This document shows positions 56,246 through 64,000 of a stretch of 64,000 nt of DNA, one piece after another (positions within the stretch are counted from its first letter, which is position 1; each line of letters starts with the position of its first letter). This DNA is from a virus. The position numbers and the translations under genes were made by a program. The notes below the pieces were generated by a model. That model searched no databases. It saw only the letters and a program-made list of their open reading frames with translations, and was not told the origin of the DNA. The stretch is from positions 1-64,000 of IMG/VR virus record IMGVR_UViG_3300020198_000002; one strand, given 5' to 3'.

Positions 56246-57011
56246 TTTTTCGGTATTAGTTATTGGCGATTCATGCGAAGATGAGTATGTTTATGGATCG
56301 GTCACTAGGATCAGTCCAGAAGCTCCCGTACCCGTATTAAAGTATGAATACTTAAAAAAGTCTTTAGGAATGGCTGCAAATGTCAATGAGAACTTAAAAT
56401 CTTTTGGAATGCAAACAAATCTTGTCACACAAAAAGAAAAAATAGTAAAAAGAAGATTTATTGATAGACAAACAGGACAACAGTTGATGCGAATGGATGA
56501 AGAAAACGTATCTACATTTTGCAGTGCAGCTCAGATCCGAATTGCTTTCATTCATGGAAATTATGATGTCTTAGTGATTTCGGATTATGATAAGGGATTT
56601 TTGGGTTACAGTGAATTAGAAGATCTATGTCAAAGTTTTGATGGTCCTGTTTTTGTAGATACAAAGAAAAAAAGACTTATTAAAAAAGAAAATGTATTTT
56701 TCAAAATAAATTTAAAAGAGTATGAGAAATTAGACAAGGATTGTTTGCCGGATCCAACAAATTTAATTGTAACTCTTGGGGCAAATGGTGTAAAATGGAA
56801 TGGTATAGACTTTGCATCCGAGAAAGTACCAGTATATGATGTAGTTGGAGCGGGAGATACTTTTCTTGCGGCTTTAGTTTATCATTATATGATTACGTCA
56901 ACTATGAAAGAGTCTATTGAATTTGCAAATAAAGCTGCTGCACTTGCAGTTCAGCATCCTGGGACTTATAAACTTACTGAAAATGACATTAATTTACTGT
57001 GTGGATATTGA
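56238..57011 (+). CDS. HldE/RfaE domain I heptose-7-phosphate kinase (PfkB family)
   Basis: GD...D.Y.YG...RISPEAPVPV, G.AANV..NL, ISDYDKG, DVVGAGDTF; start ATG 56238. Confidence 0.9.
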   Translation: MSNFSVLVIGDSCEDEYVYGSVTRISPEAPVPVLKYEYLKKSLGMAANVNENLKSFGMQTNLVTQKEKIVKRRFIDRQTGQQLMRMDEENVSTFCSAAQIRIAFIHGNYDVLVISDYDKGFLGYSELEDLCQSFDGPVFVDTKKKRLIKKENVFFKINLKEYEKLDKDCLPDPTNLIVTLGANGVKWNGIDFASEKVPVYDVVGAGDTFLAALVYHYMITSTMKESIEFANKAAALAVQHPGTYKLTENDINLLCGY

Positions 57012-57309
57012 TGGTACAATCTGTAATAATTCCAAAGATGGAAATTATATATCAGTTATTCCAAATCCCGATAGAATTGCAAAAATAAATAACCTGTATG
57101 ATGAAGGCCACTACATCATATACTTAACAGCAAGAGGAATGTCGAGATATAAAAATTCCAGAGTGGCTGCTCATAACGAATTTTATAATTTTACCTACAA
57201 TCAATTAAGATCTTGGGGTTGTAGATTTCATGAACTTCATATGGGTAAACCTGCTGCAGATATATATGTAGATGATAAAGGGGTGAACGACAATGACTTC
57301 TTCAATTAA
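56983..57309 (+). CDS. HAD-family (capsule biosynthesis-type) phosphatase
   Basis: DIDGTIC, TARG, GKP.AD.YVDDK; start ATG 56983. Confidence 0.85.
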   Translation: MTLIYCVDIDGTICNNSKDGNYISVIPNPDRIAKINNLYDEGHYIIYLTARGMSRYKNSRVAAHNEFYNFTYNQLRSWGCRFHELHMGKPAADIYVDDKGVNDNDFFN

Positions 57310-57652
57310 ATTTGTTTCTAAAGGATGGGGATTCGAAAAGTGGATTGTAAACTGCGATAAGTACTGCGGAAAACTTCTTTATTTTATAAAAGGAGGACAG
57401 TGCTCTTGGCATTATCATAAAGTAAAAGACGAAACATTTTATATTCAATCTGGAAAACTTATTTTGTTTTACGGGGAAGATGATGATATTAATTCAGCAC
57501 AAAAGAAAGTTTTGAGAAAGGGCGATCATTTTCATGTTCCTGTAGGACTTAGACATAGGATGTATGCTCTAGAAGATACTGAATTATTTGAATTCTCTAC
57601 AGAGCATTTTGAGGAGGATAGTATTAGGATAATTCTTGGAGATACTGTTTAA
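57293..57652 (+). CDS. cupin-fold sugar isomerase-like protein
   Basis: KGWG.E.W......YCGK.L, S.HYH..KDETF, H.P.G..H, EFST.H..EDS.R. Confidence 0.8.
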   Translation: MTSSIKFVSKGWGFEKWIVNCDKYCGKLLYFIKGGQCSWHYHKVKDETFYIQSGKLILFYGEDDDINSAQKKVLRKGDHFHVPVGLRHRMYALEDTELFEFSTEHFEEDSIRIILGDTV

Positions 57653-58433
57653 CTGAAATATAATCATGATCATACCATGATGTATCTGCACATGTGTATG
57701 TCTGATATTGGCCACTCAAATGTTCTGGGAAGGGGACGAGTTCAATCTCACCCCCTTCTTTTTTTGCAACCAATTCCGCAACTTCTTTAAATGAAATTGG
57801 ATTCCCAGTCCCAATATCATAAATTCCACTATCGCAGTTATTGTTTAATACGACATCAACTATGTCACCAACATATACAAAGTCTCTGTAGAATTTTTCG
57901 GATCCTTCAAATAGTTTTAACTTTCCAGTTTCACGAATTTGTTTTGTAAATTTTGATATGGGACTAGCCTGTTCTCCTTTATGATCTTCCCCCGAGCCAT
58001 ACACATTAAAATATCTAAATCCTTGGATTGATTTAAAGTTTCTAATGTTATCAAGAACAAAATAATCAATTTGCAATTTTGATATTGCGTAATAGTTTAA
58101 TGGATTAATCAATTTTTGTTTTTTAGTTTGATTGCCATACACAGATGCAGAAGATGCATATTTTACTGGGATTTGATATTTGATCGCATAATCAAACAAC
58201 ATTAAAGTGAAAGCGACATTGTGGTGATGTATTGTTCGTATATCTTTTTCCGTAGTTGAAGATATTGCTCCTTGATGGATAATCATTGTTACCTTATCCC
58301 AATCTTGGAAACTACTTAAAAATTTCCAAGAATTTTCTCGTTCTATGCATTTTGTTGGCAATCTGATTTCTTCTTCTAAAACACGAAGAAAATTTGATCC
58401 GATAAATCCGTTATATCCAGTTAGTAAGATCAT
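57624..58433 (-). CDS. hldD: ADP-L-glycero-D-manno-heptose 6-epimerase-like (extended SDR)
   Basis: TG..GFIGS, HQGAISSTTE, YASSASVYG, PLNYYAISK (YxxxK), RYFNVYG..E.HKG..AS, RDFVYV.D, YQ.YT.AD. Confidence 0.85.
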   Translation of the reverse strand: MILLTGYNGFIGSNFLRVLEEEIRLPTKCIERENSWKFLSSFQDWDKVTMIIHQGAISSTTEKDIRTIHHHNVAFTLMLFDYAIKYQIPVKYASSASVYGNQTKKQKLINPLNYYAISKLQIDYFVLDNIRNFKSIQGFRYFNVYGSGEDHKGEQASPISKFTKQIRETGKLKLFEGSEKFYRDFVYVGDIVDVVLNNNCDSGIYDIGTGNPISFKEVAELVAKKEGGEIELVPFPEHLSGQYQTYTCADTSWYDHDYISVKQYLQELS

Positions 58434-58493
58434 AAGTATTTTGCTCCTGATAAATTATAACATAAATATCTCTAGAAATAGGAGAAAGTTGGA

Positions 58494-59312
58494 ATGGCCC
58501 GTCCTTCTAGTAGAGAAGAATTGAAGGAATATTGTCTTAGAAAGTTAGGCAAACCTGTGCTAGAAATTAACGTTGACGATGATCAAATTGAAGACGCTAT
58601 AGATGAAGCCGTCCAATTTTATCAGGAAAGACATACTGACGGTATTGATAGAGTATTTTTAAAGCACAAATTAACCAATCAAGATATTACTACAATTGTA
58701 GGTATTGCGAGTACAACTATAGGCACTAGTACTAAGGGAGGAATTCCATCTGCACAGTGGCAAGAAGGTGCAAACTATTTACCACTCCCAGACCCAGTAA
58801 TTAGCGTAACAAAAATATTTAAACTAGACTCAAGTTCTATCTCAGACGGACTATTCAATATAAAGTATCAATTATTTCTTAATGACTTATATTATTACGG
58901 TGCAATTGATTTACTAAATTATTCAATGGTAAAAACATATCTAGAAGATTTGGATTTTTTGATAAATCCAACGGCACAAGTTAGATTTAATCAAAAAAAT
59001 CGTAGACTATATTTGGATATTGATTTAAAAGATATTTCCGAGGGTAGATATTTACTTATAGATTGTTACAGAGTAATAGATCCAGAAGGAGAAAATGCTG
59101 TTTACAATGATTTTTGGTTAAAGAGATATACAACGTCTTTGATTAAGAAACAGTGGGGCCAAAATTTAATTAAATTTCAAGGAGTGAAACTTCCAGGCGG
59201 AGTCGAACTAAACGGTAGACAAATATATGATGATGCAGTTTCTGAACTAGAAGTTTTGGAAGAGAAGTTGATGACTGAATATTCTTACCCACCATTAGAT
59301 ATGATAGGATAA
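58494..59312 (+). CDS. gp13: neck protein gp13
   Basis: P.SREELK.YCLR.LG.PV.EINVD.DQ.ED, K.QWG.NL.KF.G..LPGGV.LNG..IY; CATAAATA at 58461. Confidence 0.95.
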   Translation: MARPSSREELKEYCLRKLGKPVLEINVDDDQIEDAIDEAVQFYQERHTDGIDRVFLKHKLTNQDITTIVGIASTTIGTSTKGGIPSAQWQEGANYLPLPDPVISVTKIFKLDSSSISDGLFNIKYQLFLNDLYYYGAIDLLNYSMVKTYLEDLDFLINPTAQVRFNQKNRRLYLDIDLKDISEGRYLLIDCYRVIDPEGENAVYNDFWLKRYTTSLIKKQWGQNLIKFQGVKLPGGVELNGRQIYDDAVSELEVLEEKLMTEYSYPPLDMIG

Positions 59313-61591
59313 TGCCATTAAATCCTTTTTTCCTACAAGGTTCACAGAGCGAACAGAGATTAGTACAAGATCTCGTCAACGAACATTTAAAAATGTTTGG
59401 ACAGGATATTCTGTATTTGCCAAGAAAAATTATAAATGAAAAGACTATTATAAAAGAAATTGCTGATTCGAAATTTGATGATAGTTATAGAATAGAAGCA
59501 TACCTAGAAAACTATGATGGTTACGGAGACTCTCCAGATTTTCTCACAAAGTTTGGTGTAAGAGTTGCAGAAGAAATTACCCTCATACTTTCTAAAGAAA
59601 GATATGATGATTTCATTACTCCATTTTTAAGACTCTATCCAGAAGGAACTTTCAAATTAACAAATAGACCAGCAGAAGGAGATTTGATTTACTTCCCACT
59701 CGATAATGCCTTATTTGAAGTTAAGTTTGTTCAATATGCAGTTCCTTTTTATCAGTTGAACGATTTGTATATGTATCAACTCAAGTGTGAGTTGTTTGAG
59801 TTTGAAAACGAAGTCATTGATATTCCAGATTCTGAAACTGGGACGAATGGCGAATCAATTATTGAACCAATTGGTGGTGCTGGCACGGCAATGATTGTGA
59901 ACTTTGTTGGTTCTGGTGCAAGTTCAGCAACCGCTAACATTTCCTATGCATCTACAATTCAAGGAGTAAAATCTGTACAATACATTGATTTAATTAATGA
60001 TGGTGCAAATTATATTTCTGCTCCAATAATTACTATAAGTAGGCCAGAAATTGGTAGATCTGCTGTTGCAATAGCTGGAATTGATACTGGAAGCGTATCT
60101 TCAATTACACTCATGGACTCGGGGTATAATTATACCAATATTCCATCAATTACTTTTACTCCTCCCAATAGACCAATATCTGCTCAATTAAAATTTGGAA
60201 ATAATACATTACATCATAGTAATTTTTCAATGGTAGAAAATTCTACTTTTAATTTTCCTTCGAATATTGATGCTAGGAATGGAAGAGTAGTTATTAGTTT
60301 TTGGATTTATCCAACTATTTTAGACCCAGACCCATCATACGGTGGATCTATACTTTGGTCTAATACTTTAAAAGTATATCATCTCCCAGACGGCAAAATT
60401 AGATTCTCATCAGCACAAGCAACTGCGGGAACAAATAATACATTAAATTTAAATCAATGGAATTTTGTAAGAATAGTACAATATCAAAACCAAGCGAGTA
60501 TTTCTTTAAATGGAACTGTACATGGACCATTTTCAAATTACAATCCGATTCCATTCCCAGGACATAAACCTTTATACATTGGATCCGATGCACAAGGAAG
60601 TAGTGTTTCAGTTTATCCAACCAGAGGGTTTGTGGGATACTTTGATCATTTAACTATCAATGTAACTTCCGATAATAATTTTAGGTCTGTTGTTGCTTCA
60701 CAAATACCAACGTCAACAACTGAACAAGAGGTTGACTCATACACAGGAACTTCTGCTCAATATGTAAGGCCATTTAATAATTTACATCCAGTGGCTACAG
60801 CTACTTTAGGTTTAGATAACAAAGTATCAGGTATTACTTTAAATAGTCCAGGATATGGGTATCTAAATCCACCAAATATAATTCTAACTCCTCCAGTTTC
60901 TGGTAGACAAGCAACAGCAGTTGCAATAATGACCAGTAGAACTGGTGTTCCAAAGTTAGCAATTGATCGAATACTTTTGGTCGATCCAGGAGTTGGATAT
61001 GATAATCCTCCTACAGTAACCATAACTAGTGGAAACGGATCTGGAGCCATTGCAACAGCAGTTATTAACCGAGGTGTAATGGGCCCTGTTGCAATAACAA
61101 CTGGTGGAGTTGGATATTCTACGATTCCGAATGTTTATGTTGATCGTACTTTCATACCATCTGGAGTAGGCATTTCATCAAATATTAGGAATGTATCAGC
61201 CGAAGCAATTATTAATTCAGCTGGTACGGTAACTCAAGTTAGATATGTAAATGCGGGAACTGGATATAGTTCTATTCCAAATATTACTTTTGATCCCGTA
61301 CAAGATCCATCTTTTGGTAATTTTACTTTTAACGAAAAGGTAAAAGGATTGCAAAGCAACACAGAAGCATATGTTAAATCGTGGGACTTTAAAAACAGAA
61401 CTCTGTCACTATCTTCTCCAAATGGAAAATTTATTATTGGAGAAACTATCGTTGGGATCGGTGCAAGTTACACGATATCAGAAATAGATTTCCAAGATTC
61501 GAGTTTTGGTTATGGGGAAAATGATACTATTGAAGAGGAAGCAGATGATATTTTAGATTTCTCCGAGAGAAACCCATTCGGTGAGTTCTAA
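59312..61591 (+). CDS. gp14: neck/head-closure protein gp14, enlarged (759 aa)
   Basis: EQRLVQDLVNE.LK..G....YLPR, RP.EGDLIYFP, PFYQL; ends ILDFSE.NPFG; internal LamG-like insert. Confidence 0.9.
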   Translation: MPLNPFFLQGSQSEQRLVQDLVNEHLKMFGQDILYLPRKIINEKTIIKEIADSKFDDSYRIEAYLENYDGYGDSPDFLTKFGVRVAEEITLILSKERYDDFITPFLRLYPEGTFKLTNRPAEGDLIYFPLDNALFEVKFVQYAVPFYQLNDLYMYQLKCELFEFENEVIDIPDSETGTNGESIIEPIGGAGTAMIVNFVGSGASSATANISYASTIQGVKSVQYIDLINDGANYISAPIITISRPEIGRSAVAIAGIDTGSVSSITLMDSGYNYTNIPSITFTPPNRPISAQLKFGNNTLHHSNFSMVENSTFNFPSNIDARNGRVVISFWIYPTILDPDPSYGGSILWSNTLKVYHLPDGKIRFSSAQATAGTNNTLNLNQWNFVRIVQYQNQASISLNGTVHGPFSNYNPIPFPGHKPLYIGSDAQGSSVSVYPTRGFVGYFDHLTINVTSDNNFRSVVASQIPTSTTEQEVDSYTGTSAQYVRPFNNLHPVATATLGLDNKVSGITLNSPGYGYLNPPNIILTPPVSGRQATAVAIMTSRTGVPKLAIDRILLVDPGVGYDNPPTVTITSGNGSGAIATAVINRGVMGPVAITTGGVGYSTIPNVYVDRTFIPSGVGISSNIRNVSAEAIINSAGTVTQVRYVNAGTGYSSIPNITFDPVQDPSFGNFTFNEKVKGLQSNTEAYVKSWDFKNRTLSLSSPNGKFIIGETIVGIGASYTISEIDFQDSSFGYGENDTIEEEADDILDFSERNPFGEF

Positions 61592-61613
61592 ATAACTAAT
61601 AAACAGTCTCATT

Positions 61614-62675
61614 ATGTTATCAAATCAATATTACCACGAAATAATAAGAAAAACCATCATCGCTTTTGGTACATTATTCAATAATATTGAAATTGCATCG
61701 AAGAATGAACAGGGAGATATAATCAAACAACTGAGAGTTCCTATTGCATATGGACCTACTCAGAAATTTTTGGCTAGACTTGAAGCAAGAAATAATATAA
61801 AAGGACCTGGGCCCGCAAAAGTAGCAATTACATTACCAAGAATGTCATTCGAAATGACAGGCATTCAATATGATCCCTCAAGAAAGATAAGTACCCTACA
61901 AAGTTTTAATTCAATAACAAAAACTGGCAAACTAGTGAAAAATTTTATGCCAGTTCCATATAATATTTCAATGCAGTTGAATATCCTTACGAAGTTAAAT
62001 GATGATGCATTACAAATATTAGAACAAATACTTCCATACTTTCAGCCAAACTTTACACTAACTGTAGATTTGGTTAATACCTTAGGTGAAAAAAGAGATA
62101 TTCCAGTTACTATAGAAAACATAAGTTTTGATGATAACTACGAGGATGATTTCACAAGTAGAAGAAATTTGACTTATACTATAAACTTCCTATGTAAGAC
62201 ATATCTATTTGGTCCTACAGTAAATAATTCAACTGGACTTATCAAAAAAGTTCAAATTGATTATCACGGAAATACACAAAATCTAAAAAATTCATCTAGA
62301 CAATTAAGATATACAGCTGTTCCTACTGCAGCTAAAGATTATGATTCTGATAATCAAGCTGTTCTTGCAGAACTTTTAAATGAGTCTGTTACCGAGTTTA
62401 ATGTAAGTATAACAGGAACTCTTCTTTACAATATGTTTATTCAAATTGATGATGAAGTAATGAAAATTAAAAATATAGAAGGTAATACTTTAACGGTACT
62501 TAGAGGTCAAAATGGCACAAGAATGGTTCCACATGATGTTGGAACAATAATTCATAGTCTAACGGAAGCCGATAATAATTTAATTGAGATCGATGATGAT
62601 TTTGGATTCTCGGAAACTATAGAAGAATTTGGTGATGGAAGATTATATAGTACAACAAAAAGGACTGATGTATGA
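61614..62675 (+). CDS. gp15: tail sheath stabiliser/terminator gp15
   Basis: YHEIIRK.IIAFG.LFN.I, VP.AYGP..KFLARL, LPRMSFE, QI.EQILP.FQP, YL.GP. Confidence 0.93.
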   Translation: MLSNQYYHEIIRKTIIAFGTLFNNIEIASKNEQGDIIKQLRVPIAYGPTQKFLARLEARNNIKGPGPAKVAITLPRMSFEMTGIQYDPSRKISTLQSFNSITKTGKLVKNFMPVPYNISMQLNILTKLNDDALQILEQILPYFQPNFTLTVDLVNTLGEKRDIPVTIENISFDDNYEDDFTSRRNLTYTINFLCKTYLFGPTVNNSTGLIKKVQIDYHGNTQNLKNSSRQLRYTAVPTAAKDYDSDNQAVLAELLNESVTEFNVSITGTLLYNMFIQIDDEVMKIKNIEGNTLTVLRGQNGTRMVPHDVGTIIHSLTEADNNLIEIDDDFGFSETIEEFGDGRLYSTTKRTDV

Positions 62676-63094
62676 ATACTGATTTTGATGAGATAAACAA
62701 ATCTTTAGATATTGAATCTACTTCAGTGTCTAAAGATATTGTGAGATCTAAAAAATCACCCATTACAAAACAAGACAAATCAGAACCAGAAGCTGATTAT
62801 GAATATACAAGGGCTCAACTTTACTCGTTAATCGAAAAGGGACAGGAAGCAATCGATGGAATTTTGGAAGTTTCTCAAGCAAGTGATTCTCCACGAGCAT
62901 ATGAAGTTGCAGGTCAACTAATTAAAAGTGTTGCAGACACTGCAGATAAACTAATTGATCTACAACAAAAAATGAAAGATTTAAGTAAAGATGATTCTAA
63001 AGGACCAGCAAATATAACAAATAATGCTCTATTCATTGGATCTACTCACGATTTGCAAAAATTTTTAAAGGCTCAAAACAGTGAAAAGAAATAA
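62672..63094 (+). CDS. gp16: terminase small subunit gp16
   Basis: DYEY.R..L..LIEKG..A, PRAYEV...LIK, NNALF.GST..LQK. Confidence 0.93.
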   Translation: MNTDFDEINKSLDIESTSVSKDIVRSKKSPITKQDKSEPEADYEYTRAQLYSLIEKGQEAIDGILEVSQASDSPRAYEVAGQLIKSVADTADKLIDLQQKMKDLSKDDSKGPANITNNALFIGSTHDLQKFLKAQNSEKK

Positions 63095-63095
63095 T

Positions 63096-63248
63096 GTGAA
63101 TCCCAAAAAAGAATGGGAAAAGACTTTGGGATCAATGTTAAATAATAAAAATACTTTTGTTCCCCAAAAGTTAACAGCAAAACAACTCCAAAAAGATAGT
63201 CCATTGCGTATGATAATGTATTATCTCAATAGTAAATTGAAAAAATAA
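63096..63248 (+). CDS. hypothetical protein (50 aa)
   Basis: GTG start; fills the gp16-gp17 gap exactly (MNPKKEWEKTLGSMLNNK...). Confidence 0.45.
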   Translation: MNPKKEWEKTLGSMLNNKNTFVPQKLTAKQLQKDSPLRMIMYYLNSKLKK

Positions 63249-63250
63249 TT

Positions 63251-64000
63251 ATGGCTGATAAAAGTTTATATCTTGGTAATCCGAATCTAAAAAGAACTAA
63301 TGTTGCCATTCAATTTACCCAAGATCAGATTCAAGAATATTTGAAATGTAAAAGTGATCCAGTTTATTTTGCACAAAATTATGTAAAAATTATTAATCTC
63401 GATCATGGATTGGTTTCATTTGACATGTATCCATTCCAAGAGAAGTTAGTAAAAAATTTCCATCATAGTAGATTTAATATATGTAAGATGCCTAGACAGT
63501 CGGGAAAATCCACGACAGTCGTTTCTTACTTATTACATTATGCTCTCTTTAATGACAGTGTAAATATTGGTATTCTTGCAAACAAGGCTCAAACTGCAAG
63601 AGAACTCTTACAGAGATTACAAACTGCATATGAGGCATTACCCGACTGGATGCAACAGGGGGTTGCTGTGTGGAATAGGGGTTCCGTAGAGTTAGAAAAC
63701 AAATCCAAAATCATTGCTGCTTCCACATCAGCATCTGCTGTCCGAGGAATGTCATTCAATATCATTTTTCTAGATGAATTTGCGTTCATTCCAAATCACA
63801 TTGCTGATGATTTCTTTAGTTCAGTATACCCCACAATTTCATCTGGTACATCTACAAAAGTAATTATTGTTTCTACCCCCAAGGGTATGAATCATTTCTA
63901 TCGTTTATGGCATGATGCAGAACTTGGTAGAAATGAATATGTGACTACAGAAGTTCATTGGTCTGAGGTTCCTGGTAGAGATGAGGCGTGGAAGGAACAA
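63251..64000 (+). CDS. gp17: terminase large subunit gp17 (3' truncated by window)
   Basis: Manual translation: YLGNPNLK, Walker A MPRQSGKST, Walker B IIFLDEFAF, VSTPKGMNHFY; open to window end. Confidence 0.97.
   Translation, partial: MADKSLYLGNPNLKRTNVAIQFTQDQIQEYLKCKSDPVYFAQNYVKIINLDHGLVSFDMYPFQEKLVKNFHHSRFNICKMPRQSGKSTTVVSYLLHYALFNDSVNIGILANKAQTARELLQRLQTAYEALPDWMQQGVAVWNRGSVELENKSKIIAASTSASAVRGMSFNIIFLDEFAFIPNHIADDFFSSVYPTISSGTSTKVIIVSTPKGMNHFYRLWHDAELGRNEYVTTEVHWSEVPGRDEAWKEQ

Noticed and set aside
62350-62565. Extra domain in gp15
   Set aside because: It is the same small I..E......L.V.RG..GT...H module found in other structural proteins here and appears common in cyanophage gp15; not novel.
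63251-64000. Intein or intron in gp17
   Set aside because: The ATPase motifs are contiguous in the visible part.
1-64000. tRNA, rRNA, integrase or transposase genes; stop-codon reassignment
   Set aside because: None recognised by eye. All three stop codons appear to terminate called genes (TAG only on weak evidence) and core genes are full length in the standard code, so recoding does not explain the stop-free segment.

Overview
Segment of a T4-like (Kyanoviridae-type) cyanomyophage genome, almost entirely on the + strand. Bases 1-3700 are a higher-GC array of small early ORFs behind sigma70-type promoters with a shared upstream palindrome, plus an abiF-like pseudoknot and two strong promoters that seem to drive non-coding RNA. 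After a switch to AT-rich DNA at about 3810 come a few small genes and the baseplate module (gp25, gp6, a gp7-like giant apparently split in two, gp8, a DUF4815/VrlC-like protein). Next are a fibre/adhesin block with three Cys/Gly-rich paralogues and a modification cluster (GT9-like transferase, carbamoyltransferase, flavin halogenase, four 2OG-Fe(II)-type enzymes, ADP-heptose enzymes), then gp13, gp14, gp15, gp16 and the 5' part of gp17. The most unusual signal is the last ~1.28 kb of a 1526-aa virion gene (39001-40282). It has no TAA, TAG or TGA triplet in any + strand frame, and its synonymous codons appear chosen to avoid them. All family assignments come from recognising motifs by eye; no database search was run.
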